From Alphaproteobacteria bacterium (lineage in GTDB: Bacteria; Pseudomonadota; Alphaproteobacteria; RF32; CAG-239), in assembly GCA_017484225.1 (NCBI GenBank), contig JAFUTN010000022.1, forward strand, positions 2,168 through 66,167: DNA of 64,000 nucleotides. Direction: 5' to 3'. Of the stretch, positions 9,327 to 20,348 are shown one piece after another (positions within the stretch are counted from its first letter, which is position 1; every line of letters begins with the position of its first letter). The translations under genes and the position numbers were made by a program. The notes under the pieces are model-generated. The model did not search any database and was not told the origin of the DNA. It was given only the letters and a program-made list of their open reading frames with translations.

Positions 9327-10577
9327 ATGGCTGATTTTGTTATAGATAGACCGCAATATATCCAAGAGCTAATGAGTTTTAAGGATACCGATTTAATTAA
9401 AATTGTAACAGGTGTGAGACGTTCGGGCAAGTCAACTGTTTTTGATTTATACGTCCAAGAGCTTTTAAAACAAGGTGTCTCCAAAGAACAGATTCAAATA
9501 ATCAAACTGGAAGAGGTGGAAAATGAGCATCTGCTGGATTATCATAAGTTGCACAAACAGGTGATGGATAATATTGTTGCTGGCAAAAAAAATTATGTCT
9601 TTTTAGATGAAATTCAGAAAGTTACTGATTTTCAAAAAGCTGTCCGCAGTTTATATGAAAAGAAAAACATAGATTTATACTTGACCGGTTCAAACTCAAA
9701 ACTTCAATCCGGGCAGTGGGCAACTTCTATCGCCGGAAGATATGTTGAAATAAAAATGTATCCGCTGTCATTCAAAGAGTTTTATGAAATCTACAAAGAT
9801 AAAGAAAACGATAACAAAGACAAAATATATGATAATTACTTGTTATACAGCTCTTTTCCGTATGCTCAGCACTTTGTAAATATCGGCGCACCTAATTTTC
9901 AGCAACAGATAGATACATATATTCAAGGGATTTATGACACTATCGTTTTAAATGATGTTATGGACAACAAAAATATCAGTGCGGCAGACCGATTACGTCG
10001 TGTTCTAAAGTTTGTCGCTAATTGTATCGGTTCCGAAATTTCCATAAAGAAAATCAGCGACACAATGACTTCGGATGGTATAAAAATATTGCCGTCAACA
10101 ATAGAAACATATCTTGATGCTTTTAAAGACGCTTTTGTGTTATATAAAGCTGACCGATATGATGTTAAGGGCAAAAAAATCTTGAAAACCTTAAACAAAT
10201 ATTATCTTGTAGATATGGGTATAAGACGACATTTGCTTGGCAATAAAGTAACAGATACAGGGCATATCTTAGAAAACATTGTATATCTGGAGTTATTACG
10301 CCGTGGATGTAATGTTTATGTCGGCAAAATAGATTATCGGAATAAAGATGGCAAATTACAAACAGCAGAAGTGGATTTTGTTGCCGAAACACCGAACGGA
10401 TTGGAATATTATCAAGTCAGCGATACAATGAACGAGCCGCAAACACTTAAACGTGAATTGGCTTCGCTGCAGATGATTAAGGATAATTACCCGAAGTTTG
10501 TACTCTCCAGAGATTACGGCACAAAAGACTATGAGGGAATTACGCAATTAAACGTTTTGGAATGGCTTGTTAAATAA
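9327..10577 (+). CDS. AAA_14 family ATPase with C-terminal DUF4143 domain
   Basis: Walker A GVRRSGKS, Walker B FLDEIQ, LTGSNS, KYYLVDMGIR, ENIVYLEL and EVDFV motifs. Confidence 0.9.
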   Translation: MADFVIDRPQYIQELMSFKDTDLIKIVTGVRRSGKSTVFDLYVQELLKQGVSKEQIQIIKLEEVENEHLLDYHKLHKQVMDNIVAGKKNYVFLDEIQKVTDFQKAVRSLYEKKNIDLYLTGSNSKLQSGQWATSIAGRYVEIKMYPLSFKEFYEIYKDKENDNKDKIYDNYLLYSSFPYAQHFVNIGAPNFQQQIDTYIQGIYDTIVLNDVMDNKNISAADRLRRVLKFVANCIGSEISIKKISDTMTSDGIKILPSTIETYLDAFKDAFVLYKADRYDVKGKKILKTLNKYYLVDMGIRRHLLGNKVTDTGHILENIVYLELLRRGCNVYVGKIDYRNKDGKLQTAEVDFVAETPNGLEYYQVSDTMNEPQTLKRELASLQMIKDNYPKFVLSRDYGTKDYEGITQLNVLEWLVK

Positions 10578-10784
10578 AATTCCAAAATCTTGAATTTGCC
10601 ATTGACTTTTGCTGATTTCAATTCAATGATTTACATAGTTTTTGCTACGACTCTTTTTATGTTGCGTAAGGCAAAAAGAATCAAACTTTTTAAAATTATA
10701 ACATGCTGAAATTGCGTTATATTTTTTAGAGTTTTAAAGAGTTGGCTGGTTTGACGTTTTCTCGTCGCTCCCGCCAATAACACA

Positions 10785-10819
10785 AAAAGCTTGATTCCCG
10801 TTTGGGAATCAAGCTCTTT
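10785..10819. terminator. bidirectional intrinsic terminator at the right island junction
   Basis: aaaaagcttgattccc-gttt-gggaatcaagctcttt. Confidence 0.75.
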
Positions 10820-10820
10820 G

Positions 10821-11672
10821 TCAGGCAGCCAGCATCTCTGCTTTCACCTTCTCGGCAACCTTAGATTGGAAGATACCGAAAAACTTAAGGCACTTGCGAA
10901 TCTTCTTGCCGAAGTAGTTCCTACCCTCAAGATCGTAATCCAGACCTTCTTCTCCATCACCCCAGTCAGTGAAGAGGGTTTTGAAGTCTATTTCGCCGGA
11001 ATACTTCTTGAAGAACTCTTTGTGGTTGCGCCAAGTCGGCAACAACCACTGAGCAACCTGCTGAACGCCGAAGGAGCGCACAGCAACTTCCTCAATAAAT
11101 TCATATACCTCCTTCAGACTCTCCTTCACAAGAGCTTCGTTCCAGAGGTAGCCGTTCAGCTCCTCGCCGGAGCAAGAAATGTGCGTGAGCAAGCCGAAGC
11201 AAATCTTCTTGGCATGCTCAGCCCAGAGCTGGTTGTTCAGGCGGTTGATGCAGAAGTAGAGATTCATTTTCAAGAAATTCCACTCCTCTTGCCCCATCAG
11301 CCCCGGCTGGTCATAGCAGGCTGAATACTTGCGATATTCTTCTGGAAGGCTCTCCCAGAAGTTGTAAGGAGCAGCAACACCCTTACCTCCCTTGACAGCA
11401 TGCACAACGGCACCATTGGAGATGCGCTGCATGGCCAGTTCCAACAGGAGCTCGCCGCTCTCACGGTCTCGCTCAACACAAGTCTGACCAAAACGAGCCA
11501 TAAACTCCATGAATGTCGGACTGATTCGCCATCCACGGATATCCTGCCCGCCTCGGACAACAATGCGCGGGAGGATGTAGTTATTCACCAACTCCTTCTG
11601 TGAAGCACAGTTGACATCGTTTTCACTCACACGGCAGAGTTCCATAACTGCCTCTAAATAGTTTACCTTCAT
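10821..11672 (-). CDS. hypothetical protein with atypical (GC-richer) composition
   Basis: 283-aa ORF with RBS-like upstream context; no recognised motif. Confidence 0.65.
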   Translation of the reverse strand: MKVNYLEAVMELCRVSENDVNCASQKELVNNYILPRIVVRGGQDIRGWRISPTFMEFMARFGQTCVERDRESGELLLELAMQRISNGAVVHAVKGGKGVAAPYNFWESLPEEYRKYSACYDQPGLMGQEEWNFLKMNLYFCINRLNNQLWAEHAKKICFGLLTHISCSGEELNGYLWNEALVKESLKEVYEFIEEVAVRSFGVQQVAQWLLPTWRNHKEFFKKYSGEIDFKTLFTDWGDGEEGLDYDLEGRNYFGKKIRKCLKFFGIFQSKVAEKVKAEMLAA

Positions 11673-11799
11673 AATAAAATTAATTTTTAAAGTTAGACAA
11701 TTTTATTCTAACATAATTTTGTCAAATTACAAGAAAAAACAAGCATTTTTCAAACTTTATCGGGCAACAATAACCTGAACAGCCATTACCTTAATCAGA

Positions 11800-14700
11800 T
11801 TAATACGTTTCATCATCACTGAAGTTCTCACTATACCATTCTTTTAAGGAGTTCGGACTAAGCATGGAAAGTGAATTAATATCTATTTCCGGATCAGATA
11901 TATTACCGTCAATATCGTATGTTGCGGCAAAAATTGTGCCGTCTTTGCCGGCTAATACATTACCGACCAAAGGAATTTTACCCAAAAAACGATTAATACT
12001 GTATGCCGGCGCAATAACTCCGCCCAATTTCAAATCATCTGTGGCACGATTTACCGTTCCGCCGACGGTAATTCCTAAAACATTACCTTCGGCTTTTGCC
12101 TTTTTCAATTTTAGTATTTTGCGGTGATATTCAAACGGAGCATTAAAGTGTGTAAAGGTTAATCCGTCGCCTTTCAGTAAATCAATCATACCCGTAAACG
12201 AACCGACCGTCAGCAGTTTGGTGATAACCGGAGCATTCTGAATACTGAAATCACGCACTTGCGCATGGCCGACAAATTTTTTATCGGCAGCACGGCGAGC
12301 TTCAATTTTCATAGTGCCTCCGACCATATTCTCATACAAACGCAACACTTTTAACGTGCTTCCGGCATTATTGCTGTCTATTGTCAACAAATGTTCCTTA
12401 CCGGCAATCGGCTTATATTCCAACTGCACTTTAATTGACTTATTTTTACCATAGTTTCCGAACATATTAACTTCTTCAATACCGATACCGTGCCGAAGTT
12501 TTACACTGCCGGAAAAATTTTGTATCGGAGTCGTATCATTGGTCCACAAGCTGTTCACGGCCAACGAAACATCTGTATTATACGTTTTTTCCAATCCGTC
12601 ATCTTCGTTTTCCTGAAGTACCGGCTGATTATTCTCCCGTTTGGCAGAATCTACCTTATCAAACAACGGGCGCAAATCATAACTGGAGCCTGATATATTT
12701 ACATAAACTTTCGGATTATCGGAATCGGTAATGCTTATCTTTGCCGAAGCCGAAGTTTTTGCTCCGGTTATTTGTTTGATATTAACGGTTTTAACTCTCC
12801 CGCTTTGATGCGTATCCATATCGGCGGACACATCAAAACCTTGTTGGTGATAACTGATATTTTTAACATTTACCAAACGATTATTGCGAATCACAACATC
12901 TGCTTTAATTCCTGCCGGAACGCCGGCTTTTTTATTAAATCCCAAATAGTCGTAATTTAATTCGGAATGCTGCATATCCGCATTAACACTGACAATCACA
13001 TCATCATTATTTTGCACAACAATATCGGCATTAACATCAGAATAACCAAGCATATTAGGTGCGCCGAGCACTTTCCAGTCAACCCCCAGATTTCTTTTCG
13101 CATTATCATCAAATTTGAAAGAAACTTTACACTTGCTCTTGTATTTTTTTTCACTGAAATCTTCATCAATTTTCAAGTTTGCCGGAATATTATCATAAGC
13201 AATATTGCCTTTCAAATGCCATCCTTTTGAATTTACTTTCAAATTCATATCATTTGCTTCAACTTTGTGCTGCGGAATTATTTTTTCTATATTAACCTCA
13301 TGCAAATCAGCATTCACGCTGACTTTAATCTCTTCCGGAAGCAAATCTTGCTTGAGTTCAAAATCAAGTTTAAGCTTAACATCAACATTTCCGCCGACAT
13401 CATTCGGATTTATGCCCATATCTTTGGTAAACTCAAGCGGCGGATTATCTATTAAACGCAACACATCAGAAATTGAGGAATTTCCGATAAGATCAATGGA
13501 AATATAGTTATTATATTTGTCTAAGTCATACAGATTAACGTTTCCTCCGGTAATAATAACACCGTCAGACACCCCTTTATCCAAATCAATACTGATATTA
13601 TGGTCGGTAAATTTTGCCAATCCGTATATATTTTTTACCATCGGCATACCTTCCAGATAAAGCAAGTCTCCGTCTGCCAAGTATGCTTTCCCGTCAAAAT
13701 TCAGCAATCCCCACGTATTATTTTTTTTATCATACCCGAAATTAAAGACAAAATCACCGTTTTGTGCCGTTCCGCCAACCAACCCGTCTTTGCACCATTC
13801 CCATGCCGGTTCGGCAAAATAGCGCGGCCAAAAACGGGACAAATCGGTAAGCGGAAATTCATCTATTTTTGCCTGAAAACGAATAGCCAAATCATTAAGA
13901 GATTTTTCCAACAAATATGTTTCCAAACCGCTTGCTTTTGCGCTGACTTTTGCCGTTTGCCCGCCCAACTTAAACACGGCATCACGAATATTCATTTCAT
14001 CCAATCCGCCGATCAGCTCACCTTCCAGCGAAAATTCATCTATTTCGTAATTATATTTTTTTTCTTCATTAAAAGCTATATGACCGTGTCCGCCGTCAAT
14101 TTCAAATTTTACCTTATCTATTGCGCTATCCAAACAACTTTGGGCATCATCAGGATGTTGCAAAATATCGGATAAAGCAATAACCGTATCTACTTTTCCG
14201 TTGAGCGGAATATTCAAACTCATTGACGAAAATGCACTTTCTTCCGTGGTATTATCAAAGCTGTTCCAAAAATCAGAAATAATCAAGTCCGAGAAAAATA
14301 CTTCCAAATCCAATTTATCGGAAACAGTGTGATATTCACTTTCAAAACCGATTGAAGCTATTTTGTCGTCCAAATTCACCAAGGCATTGGCATTAACTTC
14401 CAAATTAACCACATCACGATTAAATTCAAAATTCAGGTCCGAAAACAACCAACGCCGACCGAGTTCAACTTCATGCAGTTCAATTTCTCCGCCTTTTACG
14501 CTTATGTTGTTTACATAACTTTCCGGATATATTTTGTCTTCAGAGTTATAATTGTTCAAAAATTCCTTAAACTTTTCAATATAAAATTGCATTTTTTTGC
14601 GGCTTATTTCTTCGTCGCTTTTCTCTTCCAATCCGTAATTTGCAAAAAAGTAAATATTCGGATTTTCAACGCTCACATCACTTGGAGCGATAATTCCGTT

Positions 14701-15027
14701 CAATAATGCGCGCAAACTGAAAGACAAATAAATCTTCGGCATATTTAAAGTGAACGTTTCGTCATTTTTTTTGAAACTCAAATCCTTTGCCGTAATTCGT
14801 ATCGGCTGAATGGAACGCACCAGCTCCATGTTAACATCACCGATTGCCACATCATATTCGCTATCGTCAAAATTAAGAGCTTGTATGATATAAGGGCGAA
14901 GATACGGAACGGAAACCGGACCGCGATACAATGTCCAGAAAAACAGCAAAATCACCAAAAAAATACCGACAATAAAATAATCTATTGTTTTTTTCAGAAG
15001 ATATAATCTCGGTGAAAGTTTTTTCAT
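11800..15027 (-). CDS. YhdP/AsmA-like (DUF3971 + AsmA-like C-terminal) envelope protein
   Basis: N-terminal TM segment, LSRFWP..AEPAWEW (DUF3971-like), C-terminal GVIAPAYSINRFLGKIPLVG. Confidence 0.85.
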   Translation of the reverse strand: MKKLSPRLYLLKKTIDYFIVGIFLVILLFFWTLYRGPVSVPYLRPYIIQALNFDDSEYDVAIGDVNMELVRSIQPIRITAKDLSFKKNDETFTLNMPKIYLSFSLRALLNGIIAPSDVSVENPNIYFFANYGLEEKSDEEISRKKMQFYIEKFKEFLNNYNSEDKIYPESYVNNISVKGGEIELHEVELGRRWLFSDLNFEFNRDVVNLEVNANALVNLDDKIASIGFESEYHTVSDKLDLEVFFSDLIISDFWNSFDNTTEESAFSSMSLNIPLNGKVDTVIALSDILQHPDDAQSCLDSAIDKVKFEIDGGHGHIAFNEEKKYNYEIDEFSLEGELIGGLDEMNIRDAVFKLGGQTAKVSAKASGLETYLLEKSLNDLAIRFQAKIDEFPLTDLSRFWPRYFAEPAWEWCKDGLVGGTAQNGDFVFNFGYDKKNNTWGLLNFDGKAYLADGDLLYLEGMPMVKNIYGLAKFTDHNISIDLDKGVSDGVIITGGNVNLYDLDKYNNYISIDLIGNSSISDVLRLIDNPPLEFTKDMGINPNDVGGNVDVKLKLDFELKQDLLPEEIKVSVNADLHEVNIEKIIPQHKVEANDMNLKVNSKGWHLKGNIAYDNIPANLKIDEDFSEKKYKSKCKVSFKFDDNAKRNLGVDWKVLGAPNMLGYSDVNADIVVQNNDDVIVSVNADMQHSELNYDYLGFNKKAGVPAGIKADVVIRNNRLVNVKNISYHQQGFDVSADMDTHQSGRVKTVNIKQITGAKTSASAKISITDSDNPKVYVNISGSSYDLRPLFDKVDSAKRENNQPVLQENEDDGLEKTYNTDVSLAVNSLWTNDTTPIQNFSGSVKLRHGIGIEEVNMFGNYGKNKSIKVQLEYKPIAGKEHLLTIDSNNAGSTLKVLRLYENMVGGTMKIEARRAADKKFVGHAQVRDFSIQNAPVITKLLTVGSFTGMIDLLKGDGLTFTHFNAPFEYHRKILKLKKAKAEGNVLGITVGGTVNRATDDLKLGGVIAPAYSINRFLGKIPLVGNVLAGKDGTIFAATYDIDGNISDPEIDINSLSMLSPNSLKEWYSENFSDDETY

Positions 15028-15036
15028 TTTTTTCTC

Positions 15037-16150
15037 TTATGCTACCGTGTTCGTTTTCAGTTTTTGCGACAAAGCCGAGGCTAAAAACATATCTATATCA
15101 CCATCCAAAACAGCTTTGCAATCCGCAGTTTCCGCTTCTGTTCGCAAATCTTTCACCAAACGATACGGCTGTAAAACATACGAGCGGATTTGATATCCCC
15201 AACCGTTATCTCCCTGATTATCTCTTACTTCCTGCGCTAAATCGGCTTTTTTCTGCATTTCACGTTCATATAAACGTGCTTTCAGCATTTTCCAGCAATT
15301 ATCGCGGTTTTGAAATTGCGAACGCTGCGTTTGACTTGAAACAACTATTCCTGTCGGAATATGGGTAATACGCACGGCCGAATCTGTTTTATTGATATGC
15401 TGTCCGCCGGCACCGGAGGCACGATATGTATCAATACGGCAATCAGCTTCATTTATTACAATATCAATATTATCATCAACAACAGGATACACTCCGACGG
15501 AAGAAAAGCTGGTATGTCTGCGTGCCGCACTGTCAAAAGGAGATATACGAACCAAACGATGAACACCGCTTTCATTTTTCAACCACCCGTAAGCATTGTG
15601 ACCGCTGATTTTAATTGTGGCCGACTTCAAACCGGCAACATCTCCCTCGGTTTCTTCAATATATTCCACCTTGTAATTATGATTTTCTGCCCATCTGACA
15701 TACATTCTCAAAAGCATTTGCGCCCAATCCATAGCCTCGGTTCCGCCGCTTCCGGCATGCACTTCCAGATATGTATCGTTAGCATCAGCCTCACCGCTTA
15801 ACAGCGATTCCAACTCGGCATGTTTGGTATTTTGTTGCAACACATTCAAACTGTCTTGCAGTTCTTTTAACATAGCTTCGTCATTTTCACTCTCGGCAAA
15901 TTCCACCATTTCCGTATAATCTGCCAATGTTTTTTCATAATTTTCATATTGTTCAAGCTTTGCTTCCAGCGTGTTTTTTTCGCTCATCAGCTTTTGCGCT
16001 TTTTCCTGATTGTCCCACAAATTGGGATCTGCCGCTAAGGAATTCAGTTCCTCTCGGCGCATAACCGCATTATCGTAGTCAAAGAAACCTCCTCAGCAAT
16101 AACAAAGATTGCTTAATTTCTTCAATTTGATTAAAAAATTCTGCTCTCAT
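15037..16150 (-). CDS. prfB: peptide chain release factor 2 with programmed +1 frameshift, join(16082..16150,15037..16080)
   Basis: GGQ and SPF motifs. The upstream frame MRAEFFNQIEEIKQSLLLLRRFL ends at CTT TGA C, preceded by the SD-like AGGAGG. Confidence 0.97.
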
Positions 16151-18573
16151 CAGTATTCAGCTCCTATTTGCACACCGCCGTTATCTTGTTCCGGTCCGGC
16201 GATATTATCATCTTCATCACCGATAACCCGTTGGCGATTATTAAATTCAAAATCAGGTTTGAGCGCTTCAATAATAACCGTAGAATCACTCGGTGAAGAA
16301 GGTTTTCCCGTATTCGGATTCACTCTGACCAGTTTAATTCCCTCCGGAATACGAAAAGCCGTATCCGGAACATCTTTCAGCGCATCTTGCATAAAGTCAT
16401 AAAACACCGGAAGTGCGGCCTGCGCACCGGTTTCTACTCTGCCGAGGCTGCGCGGTTCATCAAAACCCAAATATACGCCGGCAACCAAATCCGGTGAAAA
16501 TCCGACAAACCACGCATCTTTTGTTTCATTAGTCGTTCCGGTCTTTCCCGCCAAATGACGATGCAATCCGTTTAATCTGGCTCCGGTTCCTCTGGTTGCC
16601 ACACCTTCCAAAATGGATGTCATTTGATATGCTGACAACGGATCAACTACTTGTTCGCGAATTGCCTTAAAATCAGGCGCTTCTTGATTGGTCCAACTGT
16701 CTGCAACACAAGTATCACAAGGAGTCTGTTCATGTTTATAAATAGTTTTTCCTTTACGGTCTTGAATACGTTCAATCAAATACGGCGGGACTTTTTTTCC
16801 TCCGTTAACAATAACACTATATGCTCCGACCATATCAATCAAGCGAGTATCGGCAGCACCCAACGAAGATGACAAATATGGCGGAAGATGATTGTTAACC
16901 CCTACTCTTTTAGCCATATCAACAATTTTTTCCATACCTATATCCTGTGCCAAACGCACGGTCATCAGGTTTTTAGACAGTTCAACACCGCGGCGCAAGG
17001 TCATTAACCCGTAAAACTTTTTGGAATAATTCACCGGTTTCCATTTCGGCATACCGACACCCTGATCAAGAACAAAAGGAGCATCCAAAATTAAATCTGT
17101 CGGAGAATATCCGAGTTCCAATGCGGTTAAATAAACAAAAGGCTTAAATGTTGAACCTGTTTGACGAAAAGCCTGAGTTGCCCGATTGAATTGCGATTTT
17201 GCAAACGAAAAACCACCGACAAGTGCCAAAACCTTACCTGTGTGCGGGTCCATTACCGCCATGGCTCCTTCCACATCAGGAACTTGACGGAGCAAATACT
17301 CGTTATCCGTTTTTTTATCTTTACTTACTGCTTTTTCAACATAAACAACATCACCTTTTTTCAAAACCTGTTCAACCGATTTCGGCTCCGGTCCCATATT
17401 TTTTCCGCGTTCGGACCACCTCGCCCATTTTAAGGACGAAAGTAAAATTTTGCCGTTATTTTCAGCTTCCGTTTCTATTTCCGCTTCATTTGGCAAAACT
17501 TTCAAAACTACGGCTTTTTCCCATTCCGGTTCAGCACCGGCAACAAGCTTTGTGTTTTTCAATTTTTCTTTATAATCTCCGGATAATTCTATATTTGCCG
17601 TTGCTCCGCGCCAACCATGCCGTGAATCGTAAGCCAGCAAACCTTTGCGAAATGCCTTTGTCGCCATTTCCTGAATTTTCGGATCTATGGTTGTGCGCAC
17701 GATTAATCCGCCTTGATACAAGGCTTCATCACCAAAGTTATGACTGATTGAGCGTCTGACCTCTTCGCTGTAATACTCCGTTCCTTTCAAAAAACCGCTT
17801 TTACGCTCAACAACTTTCAAAGGTTTTTCCTGAGCTTCTTTTGCTTCTTCGGCTGTAATATAACCGTCTTCGGCCATACGTGTCAAAACCCAGTTGCGGC
17901 GTGCAACGGCGGCCTCATATTTTGTTTTCGGATTATAATTGTTAGGTCCTTTCGGCAATGCCGCCAAGTATGCAACCTCCTCAATAGATAATTCATCAAG
18001 TGATTTATCAAAATAATTCATGGCGGCGGCAGCCACACCATAGGCTCTGTTTCCGAGATAAATTTCATTCAAATACAATTCCAAAACATGTTCTTTGGAA
18101 AAAGCTTTACTTATGCGACGAGCCAAAATAGCTTCCTTTATTTTTCTGGTATAGGACAATTCAGATGAAAGCAAAAAGTTTTTAGCCACCTGTTGCGTTA
18201 TGGTTGAAGCGCCGGCCGGACGCCTGCCGCTCCCGTAATTTTTCAGATTGCCTATTATCGCACGTATAATTCCCAAATAATCAACACCTTTATGATAATA
18301 AAAATGTTTATCTTCTGCGGCAATAAATGCTTTTTTAACCTTATCTGGAATCATTTCAACCGGCACAAAAAGACGTTTTTCGGCAGCATATTCCATCATC
18401 AGTTGTCCATCTCCGGCAAACAAACGAGTCGTAACCGGAGGTTCATAATCGGCTAACTGGCGATAATCCGGAATAGATACATTAATTTGTGCCAAACCAT
18501 AAGTAACGGCTATTGCCGCAACAACAATAAACAACAAGGCCGTGCTGACCAAAAATGATAAAAATCTAAGCAT
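16150..18573 (-). CDS. mrcA: penicillin-binding protein 1A
   Basis: Transglycosylase motifs EDKHFYYH and GASTITQQVAKN; transpeptidase motifs STFK, SKN and KTGT. Confidence 0.95.
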   Translation of the reverse strand: MLRFLSFLVSTALLFIVVAAIAVTYGLAQINVSIPDYRQLADYEPPVTTRLFAGDGQLMMEYAAEKRLFVPVEMIPDKVKKAFIAAEDKHFYYHKGVDYLGIIRAIIGNLKNYGSGRRPAGASTITQQVAKNFLLSSELSYTRKIKEAILARRISKAFSKEHVLELYLNEIYLGNRAYGVAAAAMNYFDKSLDELSIEEVAYLAALPKGPNNYNPKTKYEAAVARRNWVLTRMAEDGYITAEEAKEAQEKPLKVVERKSGFLKGTEYYSEEVRRSISHNFGDEALYQGGLIVRTTIDPKIQEMATKAFRKGLLAYDSRHGWRGATANIELSGDYKEKLKNTKLVAGAEPEWEKAVVLKVLPNEAEIETEAENNGKILLSSLKWARWSERGKNMGPEPKSVEQVLKKGDVVYVEKAVSKDKKTDNEYLLRQVPDVEGAMAVMDPHTGKVLALVGGFSFAKSQFNRATQAFRQTGSTFKPFVYLTALELGYSPTDLILDAPFVLDQGVGMPKWKPVNYSKKFYGLMTLRRGVELSKNLMTVRLAQDIGMEKIVDMAKRVGVNNHLPPYLSSSLGAADTRLIDMVGAYSVIVNGGKKVPPYLIERIQDRKGKTIYKHEQTPCDTCVADSWTNQEAPDFKAIREQVVDPLSAYQMTSILEGVATRGTGARLNGLHRHLAGKTGTTNETKDAWFVGFSPDLVAGVYLGFDEPRSLGRVETGAQAALPVFYDFMQDALKDVPDTAFRIPEGIKLVRVNPNTGKPSSPSDSTVIIEALKPDFEFNNRQRVIGDEDDNIAGPEQDNGGVQIGAEY

Positions 18574-18688
18574 TAGTTTAAAGTTCCAAACTTATTATAC
18601 AATTAATCCAAATCTATATAATTTTTCAGAAAATGCAAATACTTTTCTGACTTATATAACAGGTATTTGTTACAAGATAAAAATGCCG

Positions 18689-19930
18689 TCAGTTTGAGGC
18701 AATTTCCGGATCTTTAAAATATTGGTCAATCGCATTAGCGGCTGCATTTGCCAGTTTCAGGCGATATGCAGGCTTACGCAAGTTAGCTTCTTCGGTGCGG
18801 TTAGATAAATATCCCATTTCCAATAAAGATGACGGAATATCCGGTGCTTTCAACACTGCAAATCCGGCAAAGCGATGTGTATTTTTCACTAATTTTACAC
18901 ATTTTGCCATTTCTTTAACCAAATATGTGGCATATTTTGATGACTTGTTACGAGTATCTGTTTGTGACAAAGAAATCAAAATATCATTTACTTCTTTACT
19001 GTTACCGCCCAAATCAACTCCGCCGATAATATCGGCTTTGTTTTCGCGTTCAGCCAGTGCAGCTGCTTCTTTATCCGAAGCCGTATCGGAAAGTGTATAA
19101 ACCGAAAGTCCGGTGGCCTGACGATTTTGTGCGCTGTCGGCATGAATTGACATAAACAAATCGGCTTTATATTTTTGTGCAATTTTAATACGCTGACGAA
19201 GCGGAATAAAAATATCCGTGTTACGTGTCAAATAAACCGTATAGCCTCTTTTTTGCAAAATAGCCTGCAATTCTTTACCCATAGACAGAGTAATATTTTT
19301 TTCATAAGTTCCGCTGCCGCCGATTGCTCCCGGATCTTTTCCGCCGTGTCCGGGGTCAAGCACTATAATTTTTTTGCGGATTGACATATTGGTAGACTCT
19401 CCGGATTTAGAAAAAGAAAACCAACTGCCGCTGCTATTTTCCTGTTCTTTCGGAGAAAACTTACTGTCATTTGTAATAGAATGTTTCGGTCCGGATTTAG
19501 ATGTAAATTCTTTATCTCCGGCAAAACTGAGATCTACAACAAAACGCCATGGCATACCGCTTTGGGGATTGAGCAAAAATGCTTTTTTTACAACCGCCGC
19601 ACGTTTCAAATCCAAAACCACACGTTTGTTATTTCCGTCCAATTTACCGATACGAGTTTTTTCCACCAACTGATTTTTGCTGCCGGCGAGCGCATTGGTT
19701 AAATTTGCATCATCCAAATCAATCACGATACGTTTCGGACCGTCAAGAGAAAAAACACGATATTTTACGCTTTTATCCATATCAAAAACAACCCGAACAC
19801 CGTCTGCCTGATTGCCGATACGCAAGTCTTTGACATTTACGGCAGCAACGGCGGTATTGATACAAAAAAACATCATGCAAAAAACGCACAAAAACAAAGC
19901 ACTTAACTTTTGATTCACAAAACGCAGCAT
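18689..19930 (-). CDS. amiC: N-acetylmuramoyl-L-alanine amidase (AMIN + Amidase_3)
   Basis: VLDPGHGGKDPG, SIHADS and LLEMGYLSN motifs; signal peptide. Confidence 0.9.
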   Translation of the reverse strand: MLRFVNQKLSALFLCVFCMMFFCINTAVAAVNVKDLRIGNQADGVRVVFDMDKSVKYRVFSLDGPKRIVIDLDDANLTNALAGSKNQLVEKTRIGKLDGNNKRVVLDLKRAAVVKKAFLLNPQSGMPWRFVVDLSFAGDKEFTSKSGPKHSITNDSKFSPKEQENSSGSWFSFSKSGESTNMSIRKKIIVLDPGHGGKDPGAIGGSGTYEKNITLSMGKELQAILQKRGYTVYLTRNTDIFIPLRQRIKIAQKYKADLFMSIHADSAQNRQATGLSVYTLSDTASDKEAAALAERENKADIIGGVDLGGNSKEVNDILISLSQTDTRNKSSKYATYLVKEMAKCVKLVKNTHRFAGFAVLKAPDIPSSLLEMGYLSNRTEEANLRKPAYRLKLANAAANAIDQYFKDPEIASN

Positions 19931-20348
19931 TATCTTTACTCATATTCGTATACATTATTTTTTTCGGATTATAATCCTCTACTTCTTACTAATCTCTTAA
20001 AATTTTTCTGCATAAATATTTTTTTTATTGTATTTTTAATTTTATTCTTTATTGTATTGGGTGATTACCGGTCGTTTTTTTCTTCAAAAGGTAAATAAAA
20101 TGTTGGTTAAGAAATAGCGACAAACAACGGTAGCAGAGGGTTTAGACTTGGATAATTATTTGCCTTTGCCGAATAAACAAGAAGAAGAAAGGGCAACGGC
20201 AAATATGTTTCACTGAGGCAAAATCTGTTTTCGTTTGAATACGAAAAGATTTATGCCGCTGACAGTTTTGTAATTGGTTCTGCGATTAGAAAAAGGGCAG
20301 AACGGTTTTGTTTGATTTGTGAATTATCCGAGCCTGTGTTGAAACGCC

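Larger units (their letters stand above)
5124..10790. mobile_element. decayed genomic island integrated at the tRNA-Asp 3' end
   Basis: The 30-bp direct repeat ctcgtcgctcccgccaataacacaaaaagc occurs at 5124-5153 and 10761-10790; an integrase N-terminal remnant lies near the tRNA. Confidence 0.85.

Noticed and set aside
16062-16150. prfB apparently broken or short in the ORF track
   Set aside because: This is the well-known CTT-TGA +1 programmed frameshift; neither a pseudogene nor novel.
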